Of a stretch of 64,000 nucleotides of DNA, positions 1-8,057 are shown in pieces; position 1 is the stretch's first letter; every line of letters starts with the position of its first letter. Location: positions 4,308 to 68,307 of the forward strand of contig JBBSBA010000006.1 of the NCBI GenBank assembly GCA_038251725.1, written 5' to 3'. Made by a program: the position numbers and the translations under genes. The DNA comes from Actinomycetales bacterium. Its GTDB lineage: Bacteria > Actinomycetota > Actinomycetes > Actinomycetales > Microbacteriaceae. The notes under the pieces were generated by a model. That model saw only the letters and a list, made by a program, of their open reading frames with translations. It did not search any database and was not told where the DNA came from.

Positions 1-46
1 GCGCGAGGCACTTCAGGTAATCGACGACGCGCTCGCGACACTGTGA
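1..46 (+). CDS. 3' end of an upstream gene cut by the window edge, possibly 4-aminobutyrate aminotransferase
   Basis: Frame from nt 2 reads REALQVIDDALATL-stop (TGA 44-46), overlapping the next GTG (GTGA coupling). It resembles a class III aminotransferase C-terminal helix and the amine-catabolism context fits; only 14 codons are visible. Confidence 0.35.
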   Translation, partial: REALQVIDDALATL

Positions 47-1029
47 GCCGCGCGCTCGACCCCTCCGGCGTCGTCGAACTGGCGATCCTGCAACGCTCCG
101 GACTCGATGAGTCACGCCACCTCGGTGCGGCCGTCGTTGTCGCCCCGGATGGCACGGTGCTTCGCCAGCTCGGCGACGGCGACGCGCTCGTCTATGGTCG
201 CTCGTCGCTCAAGTTCTTCCAGGCGATCACCGTGCTGCGTTCCGGCGTTCCGCTCGAGGGCGCGCAGCTCGTGCTCGCCACGGCGAGCCACGCCGGCACC
301 CCGGCACATGTCGCGGTGGTGCGGGCACTGCTCGACCGGGCGGCGCTGACCGAGGACGCTCTTCAGTGCCCGCCCGACTGGCCGCTCGACGGCGCGTCGA
401 GGTCGGCGGCATCCTCCCCAGCGCGCATCACGATGAACTGTTCTGGCAAACACGCCGCCTTCCTGATGGCCTGCGTTCACAACGGCTGGGACCATTCGAC
501 CTACCTCGACCCCGCGCATCCGCTGCAGCAACGCATCCGCGAGACCGTCGAGGAGTTCGCCGGCGAACCGGTCGGGCACGTCGGCGTGGACGGCTGCGGT
601 GCGCCCGTCTTCGCGATCTCGCTTCGGGGCCTCGCGACCGCCGTCGGCCGCGTCTCGTCGGGAGCGGATCCCGACGCCGCCCGGCTCGGGGCCGCGATCC
701 TCGCCGAGCCGTGGGCGATCGAAGGCCCGGGTCGTGCGAACACCGTCGTGATCGAGCGACTCGGTCTCATCACGAAGGGTGGCGCGGAGGGCGTGATCGT
801 CATGGGCGCCCCGGATGGCACGGCCGTCGCCCTCAAGATGCTCGATGGGAGCGCGCGGGCAACGAGCCTCGTGGCACTCGCACTGCTGGCATCCGTCGGC
901 GCCATCTCGGTCGCCGATGCCGACCTCGTCGGGGCCCTCACGACCGAGAAGGTGCTCGGCGCGGGCGTTCCGGTGGGAGTCGTCCGAGTGTCGGACGAGG
1001 TGCGTGGCGTGGTGCCTGCCCGAACGTGA
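43..1029 (+). CDS. L-asparaginase II family protein (Rhizobium etli AnsA type)
   Basis: Motifs RSSLKFFQ, MNCSGKH, VDGCGAP, KGGAEG. Confidence 0.88.
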   Translation: MSRALDPSGVVELAILQRSGLDESRHLGAAVVVAPDGTVLRQLGDGDALVYGRSSLKFFQAITVLRSGVPLEGAQLVLATASHAGTPAHVAVVRALLDRAALTEDALQCPPDWPLDGASRSAASSPARITMNCSGKHAAFLMACVHNGWDHSTYLDPAHPLQQRIRETVEEFAGEPVGHVGVDGCGAPVFAISLRGLATAVGRVSSGADPDAARLGAAILAEPWAIEGPGRANTVVIERLGLITKGGAEGVIVMGAPDGTAVALKMLDGSARATSLVALALLASVGAISVADADLVGALTTEKVLGAGVPVGVVRVSDEVRGVVPART

Positions 1030-1078
1030 CCCGGTCAGCCAGCACCCTCCCCCGGGTGATCAGCGGCGGGGTGCGCGA

Positions 1079-2431
1079 TCAGCCGAAGAGGCTGACGACC
1101 GCCTCTCGGAAGGCGAGCGTATGCCGCTCCACGTCGGCAGCGGTGGTCGTCGGGGCCATGAGCGCCATGTTGTGAAATGGCGTGATCAGGATGCCGCGGT
1201 TGAGCGCGTGCAGGTGGAGGTACTGCTGCAGCTCGAAGTCGTCGGCGGCGGCGGCGTCCGCACCGTCGTGCGGCGGCGTCGCGCGGAAGCTGTACTCGGA
1301 CCGCGCGCCGAGCTGGGTGACCTGCCACGGAACCTGAAATTCGTCGAGCGCGGCCTGCACCCCCACGGTCCACTCCGTGGCGCGATCGATCATGCCGACG
1401 AAGGCCTCGGCCGTGAGAACCTCCGACAGCGTCGCGCGGATCCCGGCAAGCGAGAGCGCGTTGCCAGCCAGCGTGCCCCCCACTCCCCCGACGTCGATGT
1501 CCTCGAGGTCGAGGGAGGCGTGCACGAGAGCCGAGAACGAGTTCGTCATGCCGTATGCCCCCGCGGGAATACCACCGCCGATGCTCTTGCCGACCACCAC
1601 GGCATCCGGATCGAGTCCATCGCGGGCGATCATGCCGCCCGGCCCCGCGCACAGGGTATGCGTCTCGTCGATGATGAGAATGACGCCGTAGCGCGAGCAG
1701 AGCTCGCGCACCGCCGCGTGGTAGCCGGGGTCCGGCAGCACGATCCCGATGTTGGTGAGCGCCGGCTCCATCAACATCGCGGCGATCTCACCGGTGGCGA
1801 AGGCCGCCTCGAGTGCCGGAACGTCGTTGAACGGCACGACCGCGGTCGTGAGCGAGGGATCGACCGGGGCGCCGATCGTGCCGCGACGTTCCACCACGGC
1901 GCCGGCGCCGTCGAGGGTCGCGTAGGCCTCATCCACGGTGCCGTGATAGCAGTAGTCGTGCACGACGATCTTCTGGCGACCGGTCACCTGGCGTGCGTAC
2001 CGGATGAGGCTGCGGTTGGCGTCGGTCGCGGAGAGGCTGAACTGCCAGATCGGCACTCCGAAGCGCTCAGCGAGCAGGGTTGCCGCCGCCGCGGCATCCG
2101 CGGTGGGGAGCATGAAGGTCGAGCCGCGATTCAGCTGCGCCGTGATCGCCGCCACGGCGGCCGGCGGGGCGTGTCCGCACATCGCCCCGGTGTCGCCGAG
2201 GCAGAGGTCGACATGATCGATGCCGTCGACGTCGACGAAGTGGGAGCCCTCCGCGCGGTCGACGTAGACCGGCCAGGGACCGGGCCACTTGGCCATCCAG
2301 AGCATCGGGACGCCGTCCGGCATGTGCCTGGCTGCCTCGTCGAACATTGCCCTCGAGCGTGGCCGGGCCGCTCGGAAGAGCTCGGTCTCCGACCGCCAGA
2401 GTCCGGCGAGTCGGGCACGATCTTCATACAT
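1079..2431 (-). CDS. Class III PLP-dependent aminotransferase (GSA-aminomutase-like transaminase)
   Basis: LIIDETHT, PLP lysine in VVGKSIGGG, GGTLAGNAL; last gene of the pot-type operon. Confidence 0.85.
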   Translation of the reverse strand: MYEDRARLAGLWRSETELFRAARPRSRAMFDEAARHMPDGVPMLWMAKWPGPWPVYVDRAEGSHFVDVDGIDHVDLCLGDTGAMCGHAPPAAVAAITAQLNRGSTFMLPTADAAAAATLLAERFGVPIWQFSLSATDANRSLIRYARQVTGRQKIVVHDYCYHGTVDEAYATLDGAGAVVERRGTIGAPVDPSLTTAVVPFNDVPALEAAFATGEIAAMLMEPALTNIGIVLPDPGYHAAVRELCSRYGVILIIDETHTLCAGPGGMIARDGLDPDAVVVGKSIGGGIPAGAYGMTNSFSALVHASLDLEDIDVGGVGGTLAGNALSLAGIRATLSEVLTAEAFVGMIDRATEWTVGVQAALDEFQVPWQVTQLGARSEYSFRATPPHDGADAAAADDFELQQYLHLHALNRGILITPFHNMALMAPTTTAADVERHTLAFREAVVSLFG

Positions 2432-2437
2432 CGGCGG

Positions 2438-3307
2438 CTAGCCAATCCGCGCGAGGCGCTTGCGGCGCGCAGCCGCGCTCACCTGCTGGGTCACCACAAG
2501 GATGATCGCCAGCAGGAACACGGCCGATGCGATGACATTCGCCGCGGCGGGGATGCCGCGGGCCGCCGCGATGTAGACGAACTTGGGGAACGTGGTCGTC
2601 GATCCGGAGTTGAAGTTCGTGATGATGAAGTCATCGAAACTCAGTGCGAAGGAGAGAAGCGCCGCGGCCACGATTCCGGGCAGCAGCAACGGGAAGGTGA
2701 TGCGCCAGAAGACCTGCGCTGGCGCCCCGTAGAGATCGCGTCCCGCCTCTTCGAGCGCCGGGTCGAGACTCGAAACCCGGGCCTTGACCGTGACGACGAC
2801 GAAGCTGATGCAGAACATCGTGTGGGCGATCATGATCGTCACGAGGCCCTTCTGAACGCCGGCCCCGAGGAACTCCGCGGCGAGACCCGCCCCGAGCACG
2901 ACCTCCGGGGTGGCCATCGGCAGGAAGAGCAACAGGCTGATCGCCGAGCGGAACCGGAACCGGTAGCGCACGAGGGCAATCGCGATCATCGTGCCGAGTG
3001 TCGTCGCCACCACCGTGGCGACAACGCCGATGAGGAGGCTGTTGCCGAAGGCCGCGCAGACGTCCTGCGCGTTGCACACGTTTGTCCAGTTGTCGAAGGT
3101 GAACCCGCGCCAGGAGATGTTGGACTTGATCGACTTGTTGAACGAGAAGATGAAGGTGTAGGCGATCGGGATCAGCAGGAAGATGAGCGCGAGAGCCGAG
3201 TAGACCGGCAGCAGCCAGCTTCCGAGGCTGAAGCGCAGCCCCCGGCCACGTGGAGTCTTGGGGGTATCGACCGCAGTCGCTATCGCGAGCCCCTCTTGAA
3301 AACTCAC
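2438..3307 (-). CDS. potC: Polyamine ABC transporter permease (PotC-like)
   Basis: Multiple TM segments, EAA loop LEEAGRDLYG, operon position. Confidence 0.85.
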   Translation of the reverse strand: MSFQEGLAIATAVDTPKTPRGRGLRFSLGSWLLPVYSALALIFLLIPIAYTFIFSFNKSIKSNISWRGFTFDNWTNVCNAQDVCAAFGNSLLIGVVATVVATTLGTMIAIALVRYRFRFRSAISLLLFLPMATPEVVLGAGLAAEFLGAGVQKGLVTIMIAHTMFCISFVVVTVKARVSSLDPALEEAGRDLYGAPAQVFWRITFPLLLPGIVAAALLSFALSFDDFIITNFNSGSTTTFPKFVYIAAARGIPAAANVIASAVFLLAIILVVTQQVSAAARRKRLARIG

Positions 3308-4215
3308 AGCAGGTCCTCCGTTCCACTCTTACGCACGTAGACGGTGACGATCACCAGGATGACCGCCATCAGGATTATCGAAAGCGATGCCGCCGCCGGG
3401 TAGTTCAGCAGCACAAGGAAGTTGCTCTCGATCACGTTTCCGATCATGGAGGTTCCGGTTCCACCAAGGAACTGTCTGCTGGCATTCACGTAGTCGCCGG
3501 CAGCGGGGATGAAGGTCAGGAGCACCCCGGAGACGATGCCGGGCATCGACAGCGGGACGGTCACGGTGCGGAACACGGTGAACGGATGAGCGTAGAGGTC
3601 ACTACCCGCCTCGAGAAACCGGGTGTCCAGCCGTTCGAGAGCCGCGTACAGAGGCAGCGTCATGAACGGGATGAAGTTGTAGGTGAGCCCGAATACCACC
3701 GCCACCGGCGTGCCCGTGATGTGGGCATCCGGAGCCATGAGCGACAGCGCCTTGAGGCCGGTGACAACGAGCGATTCGTCGGAGAGCAGCGACTTCCAGG
3801 CCAGCGTGCGCAACAGGAAGCTGATGAAGAACGGCGCGATGACCAGCACGAGCATGAGGTTCTGCATCAGCGGCCAGCGCCGCGCCTTCACCCCGATGAA
3901 ATAGGCGAGCGGGTAGCTGAACAGCAGCGCGAACACCGTCGCGAGCACCGCGTAGAAGAACGACCGCACGATCTGGTCGCCGTATTGCGTGATCGAGGTG
4001 ACGTAGTTCTGCCACTCGAAGCCCGTCTGATACTGGCCGATGTCACCGTTCGGTATCGGCGTCTGCAACGACGTGATGAGGAGCGAGACCAGCGGAACGA
4101 GAAAGAACAGCACCAGGTAGAGGATGCCCGGCAGCAGCAGGAGCAGTGCGATGCGGCTCTTGCGCCGCGGCGCCTGCTCCTGGGTGGTCCCGGTGGCGAA
4201 TGCGGAGAAGGCCAT
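3304..4215 (-). CDS. potB: Polyamine ABC transporter permease (PotB-like)
   Basis: TM segments, LTYNFIPFMTLPLY, EAA loop LEAGSDLYA; stop overlaps the potC start. Confidence 0.85.
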   Translation of the reverse strand: MAFSAFATGTTQEQAPRRKSRIALLLLLPGILYLVLFFLVPLVSLLITSLQTPIPNGDIGQYQTGFEWQNYVTSITQYGDQIVRSFFYAVLATVFALLFSYPLAYFIGVKARRWPLMQNLMLVLVIAPFFISFLLRTLAWKSLLSDESLVVTGLKALSLMAPDAHITGTPVAVVFGLTYNFIPFMTLPLYAALERLDTRFLEAGSDLYAHPFTVFRTVTVPLSMPGIVSGVLLTFIPAAGDYVNASRQFLGGTGTSMIGNVIESNFLVLLNYPAAASLSIILMAVILVIVTVYVRKSGTEDLL

Positions 4216-4217
4216 GT

Positions 4218-5417
4218 CTAGGCTTCCCCAAGCTCCGACATGAGCGCCCGCTTCTTCTGAACCGCGATTGACGCGGTGTCGACATCGGCCGCGAAACGCG
4301 GCGTCGGCGATGCCTCGTCCTCGAGCCCGAAACCGTGTTCGACGTTCCAGGACATCCAGGTCTCGGCCCCCTCGACCAGGAGCGGGCCGGCACCGGTGTT
4401 CTGTGCGAAGACGACGAGCGAGCCGAGGCCCGGAACCGCCACGATGTACTGCGTGCTGACCCCGCTGAACGAGACATCGATCACTCGACCGGGGCCGACG
4501 ATGTTGGTTCCGGCGGTCTCGGTGGGCGCGGTGTTATGCAGGGTGACCTTCTCCGGCCGCACACCCACGGTGACCTCACCGGAGTGGCGCTGGGCACGCG
4601 CCTTGGGAACGACGATCTTCGTGCCTTCGACGTTGACCGTGATGCTGTCGGCCGTTGTGCCGGCGACCGGCCCGGTGAACAGGTTCGACTGGCCGAGGAA
4701 GTTGGCGACGAACGCGGTGCGTGGAAGCTCGTAGAGCACCGCCGGCGACCCGAGCTGCTCGACGCGTCCCTTGTTCATCACCGCGACGGTGTCGGCCATG
4801 GTCATGGCCTCCTCCTGGTCGTGGGTCACGTGCAGGAAGGTGAGTCCGACCTCCTCCTGGATGGACTTGAGCTCGAGCTGCATCTGGCGGCGCAGCTTGA
4901 GGTCGAGGGCACCGAGCGGCTCGTCGAGCAGAAGGAGGGCCGGGCGGTTGACGATCGCGCGGGCGAGTGCGACGCGCTGCTGCTGGCCACCGGAGAGTTG
5001 CGCCGGGCGGCGGGCGGCGAGGTGGTCGAGCTCGACCAGCCGAAGCGCCTCGTGGGCCTTGCCAAGGGCATCCGAGATCTTGCGACGGCGAAGTCCGAAC
5101 GCGACGTTGTCGATGATCGACATGTGCGGGAAGAGCGCATAGCTCTGGAATACGGTGTTGACCGGGCGCTGGAACGGCTTCGTGTCGGTGACGTCCTTTC
5201 CCCCGATCAGGATGCGGCCCTCCGTGGCCTCCTCGAGGCCGGCGACCAGCCGGAGGGTCGTCGTCTTTCCACAGCCCGAGGGACCGAGGAGGGCGAAGAA
5301 CGACCCGGCCGGGATCACCAGATCCATTTCCTCGATCGCGGTGAACCCGGGAAAGCGCTTATGGATACCGACCAGTTCGAGGTCGGCTCCCGCCTCGGCG
5401 AATGCTCCGGTTGCCAT
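4218..5417 (-). CDS. potA: Polyamine ABC transporter ATP-binding protein (PotA-like)
   Basis: Walker A GPSGCGKT, signature LSGGQQQ, Walker [23 protein letters not shown]-terminal TOBE region. Confidence 0.92.
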   Translation of the reverse strand: MATGAFAEAGADLELVGIHKRFPGFTAIEEMDLVIPAGSFFALLGPSGCGKTTTLRLVAGLEEATEGRILIGGKDVTDTKPFQRPVNTVFQSYALFPHMSIIDNVAFGLRRRKISDALGKAHEALRLVELDHLAARRPAQLSGGQQQRVALARAIVNRPALLLLDEPLGALDLKLRRQMQLELKSIQEEVGLTFLHVTHDQEEAMTMADTVAVMNKGRVEQLGSPAVLYELPRTAFVANFLGQSNLFTGPVAGTTADSITVNVEGTKIVVPKARAQRHSGEVTVGVRPEKVTLHNTAPTETAGTNIVGPGRVIDVSFSGVSTQYIVAVPGLGSLVVFAQNTGAGPLLVEGAETWMSWNVEHGFGLEDEASPTPRFAADVDTASIAVQKKRALMSELGEA

Positions 5418-6631
5418 TACGATCCCAGCAGTACGGCCTGGAACGCGGCGCCGAACTTGCTTTCTTCCGCGGTCGTCAGGGTGCGGAAGATCTTGGTGTT
5501 GGACAGAGTGGCCGCGTTGGGGAAGATCAACTGGTTCTCGGCGAGCGACGGGTCGATGGCCTGCATCGCCTCCTTCGCGCCGACAACGGGGGTGATGTAG
5601 TTCACCCAGGCTGCGACCTCAGCCGCCACCTCCGGCTGGTAGTAGTAGTTGATGAGTTCCTCGGCGTCGGTCTTCTTCTTCGAGCCCATCGGGATGACGA
5701 AGTTGTCGCTCCACAGCGTTCCGCCGGCGTCCGGGATGGCGAACTCCCACTTGTTACCGGCCTCCGCATTGATCACCGTGATGTCACCCGACCAGGCGAT
5801 CGCGGCGAGGGTGTCTTCGCTCTTGAGGTCTTCGAGGTAGGCGTTGCCCTTGATGTTGCGGATCTGTCCATCATTGACCTGCTTGCGGAACACCTCGATC
5901 GCGTTTTCGAACTTGGAGTCGGCCCACTTGCCCGAGATGTCGACTCCGGCCTGAAGCATGATGAGACCGATCGTGTCGCGCATCTCCGAGAGCACACCGA
6001 TCCGACCCTTCAGCGCAGGGTTCCAGAGGTCGTCCACCGACTTGAGTCCGCCGGGCACCTTCTCCTTGTTCCAGCAGATGCCGGCGAAGCCGCTCTGCCA
6101 CGGAAGGGACTTCTTGCGTCCCGGGTCGAAGTCCGGATTCTGCAGGGACGGGGTCAGATTCTTGGCGTTCGGGATCTTCGACAGGTCGAAGCTCTGCACA
6201 TAGCCGAACTTGATGAGGCGGCTGACCATCCAGTCGGTGAGGCACACGGTGTCGGCACCGATGTCCTGGCCGAGGGCGAGCTGGTCCTTGACCTTGCCGT
6301 AGTAGGTGTTGTTGTCGTCCACCGCAACGTCGTACTTCACGGCGATGCCGGTCTGCTTCTCGAAGGCATCCAGCGTCGGGTGGGTCTTGCCGGCGGAATC
6401 CTCGTCGAGATAGGCGGCCCAGTTGGCCCAGGTCATCGTCTTATCGGTGCTGGACATATCCGGCGCTGCGGTCGGGCCCGCCTTGGTGGTACCCGTCGAA
6501 CAGGCGGCGAGGGTAAGTGCGGCGGCTCCGACACCAGCGCCGGCGAGCACATTGCGCCGCGAAAGCGATGCACCTCGAGCTTGCTGGATCAAGCGCTGGA
6601 CCATCGGATCCGTGGGAATTGACCTGGTCAT
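5417..6631 (-). CDS. potD: Spermidine/putrescine-binding protein (PotD/PotF-like), predicted Tat lipoprotein
   Basis: Start re-picked at ATG 6631. SRRNVL twin-arginine motif, lipobox LAAC, NWAAY, PWQSGFAGI, WSDNFVIP; TAATG overlap with potA. Confidence 0.88.
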   Translation of the reverse strand: MTRSIPTDPMVQRLIQQARGASLSRRNVLAGAGVGAAALTLAACSTGTTKAGPTAAPDMSSTDKTMTWANWAAYLDEDSAGKTHPTLDAFEKQTGIAVKYDVAVDDNNTYYGKVKDQLALGQDIGADTVCLTDWMVSRLIKFGYVQSFDLSKIPNAKNLTPSLQNPDFDPGRKKSLPWQSGFAGICWNKEKVPGGLKSVDDLWNPALKGRIGVLSEMRDTIGLIMLQAGVDISGKWADSKFENAIEVFRKQVNDGQIRNIKGNAYLEDLKSEDTLAAIAWSGDITVINAEAGNKWEFAIPDAGGTLWSDNFVIPMGSKKKTDAEELINYYYQPEVAAEVAAWVNYITPVVGAKEAMQAIDPSLAENQLIFPNAATLSNTKIFRTLTTAEESKFGAAFQAVLLGS

Positions 6632-6759
6632 TGAAAGCGTCTCCTTCGCGAGATGAAGCTGTCCGGGACTGCGGTGACCCGTGTGCGTCGATACTGGCAC
6701 AGCGAGGGGGTCGATTGCACCTGCGAAGGGGCAAATCAACCATTTCGAAACATAAAATT

Positions 6760-6802
6760 TACGAAATCAGTACCTATACGCATGAATTAGATACGGATTC
6801 AC
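6760..6802. promoter_or_regulatory. Two candidate operator boxes in the AT-rich potD/ald divergent promoter region
   Basis: TACGAAATCAGTA (6760-6772) and TACGGATTCAC (6792-6802); near-identical boxes at 27447 and 27478. TAnnnT -10 candidates: TAGGCT (+, 6817-6822) and TATGTT (-, 6749-6754). Confidence 0.5.
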
Positions 6803-6907
6803 GCGCGCCTCGCGACTAGGCTTGGCGTGCGCGATTGGGACGGCGTGCCCCGAAACCGCTCGTCCGCCGCATCACCAAGGCACCGTTTCGACAACCACAG
6901 GAGCGTC

Positions 6908-8023
6908 ATGAGAGTCGCCGTCCCGTCAGAAATCAAGAACAACGAGTTCCGTGTTGCCATCACCCCGGCCGGGGTGCATGACCTGGTGGCACACGGTCAC
7001 GAGGTCATCGTGCAGAGCGGCGCCGGACTCGGTTCGTCCATCACCGACGCCGACTACATCGGTGCCGGCGCGACGATCAGCCCCAATGCGGCCTCCACCT
7101 GGGCCGCGGCCGATCTCCTGCTCAAGGTCAAGGAGCCGGTCAAGAGCGAATACGGCTACTTCCGCGACGACCTCCTCATCTTCACCTATCTGCATCTGGC
7201 CGCCGAGCGCCCGCTCATCGACCAGCTTCTCGCGCATCGCGTCACCGCCATCGCCTACGAGACCGTGCAGCTGCCGACTCGGGCGCTGCCGCTGCTGGCT
7301 CCGATGAGCGAAGTGGCTGGGCGCCTCGCGCCGATCGTCGGCGCGAATGCCATGCTCAAGCCGAATGGCGGCTCCGGCCTGCTCGTTCCCGGCGTTCCCG
7401 GCACGTACCCGGCGAAGATCGTGATCCTCGGAGGCGGTGTCGCCGGAACCAACGCGCTCTCCGTTGCGGTGGGCCTCGGCGCGGAGGTGACGGTGCTCGA
7501 CACCAACCTGCAGCGTCTGCGCGAACTCGACGCCCTCTACGCTGGCCGGGTGAAGACGATCGCCTCCAGCGCCTTCGAGATCGACCGTGCCTGCGTCTCC
7601 GCCGACATGGTGATCGGCTCGGTGCTCGTGCCAGGAGCCAAGGCCCCGAAGCTCGTCAGCAACGAACTCGTCTCGCGGATGAAGCCAGGCAGCGTGCTCG
7701 TGGACATCGCGGTCGACCAGGGCGGATGCTTCGCCGACTCGCACGCGACCACTCACGCCGACCCGACCTTCACCGTGCACGGCTCGCTGTTCTACTGCGT
7801 CGCCAACATGCCCGGCGCCGTGCCGAACACGTCGACGTACGCCCTGACGAACGCGACACTTCCCTACGTGCGGGCCATCGCGAACCACGGCTGGCTCGAA
7901 GCGCTGCGCGCGGACCCGTCGCTCGCGCTCGGGTTGAACACCTACGCCGGCGAACTGGTGAGCGAGCCGGTCGCCGTGGCCCACGGTCTCGGATTCGTCC
8001 CGCTCGTGAGCGTCCTGGCCTAG
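6908..8023 (+). CDS. ald: Alanine dehydrogenase
   Basis: MRVAVPSEIKNNEFRVAITP start, FTYLHLA, GGGVAG, DIAVDQGGC, YCVANMPGAVP. Confidence 0.96.
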   Translation: MRVAVPSEIKNNEFRVAITPAGVHDLVAHGHEVIVQSGAGLGSSITDADYIGAGATISPNAASTWAAADLLLKVKEPVKSEYGYFRDDLLIFTYLHLAAERPLIDQLLAHRVTAIAYETVQLPTRALPLLAPMSEVAGRLAPIVGANAMLKPNGGSGLLVPGVPGTYPAKIVILGGGVAGTNALSVAVGLGAEVTVLDTNLQRLRELDALYAGRVKTIASSAFEIDRACVSADMVIGSVLVPGAKAPKLVSNELVSRMKPGSVLVDIAVDQGGCFADSHATTHADPTFTVHGSLFYCVANMPGAVPNTSTYALTNATLPYVRAIANHGWLEALRADPSLALGLNTYAGELVSEPVAVAHGLGFVPLVSVLA

Positions 8024-8030
8024 CCTGCCG

Positions 8031-8055
8031 GCCGGCGCCCGCGGCGGGCGCCGGC
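8031..8055. terminator. GC-rich hairpin between convergent ald and FtsK-like genes
   Basis: Perfect 11-bp stem GCCGGCGCCCG/CGGGCGCCGGC with a 3-nt loop; no U-tract. Confidence 0.6.
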
Positions 8056-8057
8056 GT

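Noticed and set aside
1079-2431. Calling this gene hemL
   Set aside because: GSA-like fold but no heme genes nearby, and it lies in a polyamine transporter operon; symbol withheld.
815-3340. 841-aa plus-strand ORF
   Set aside because: Antisense to the transaminase and permeases; no recognisable domain.
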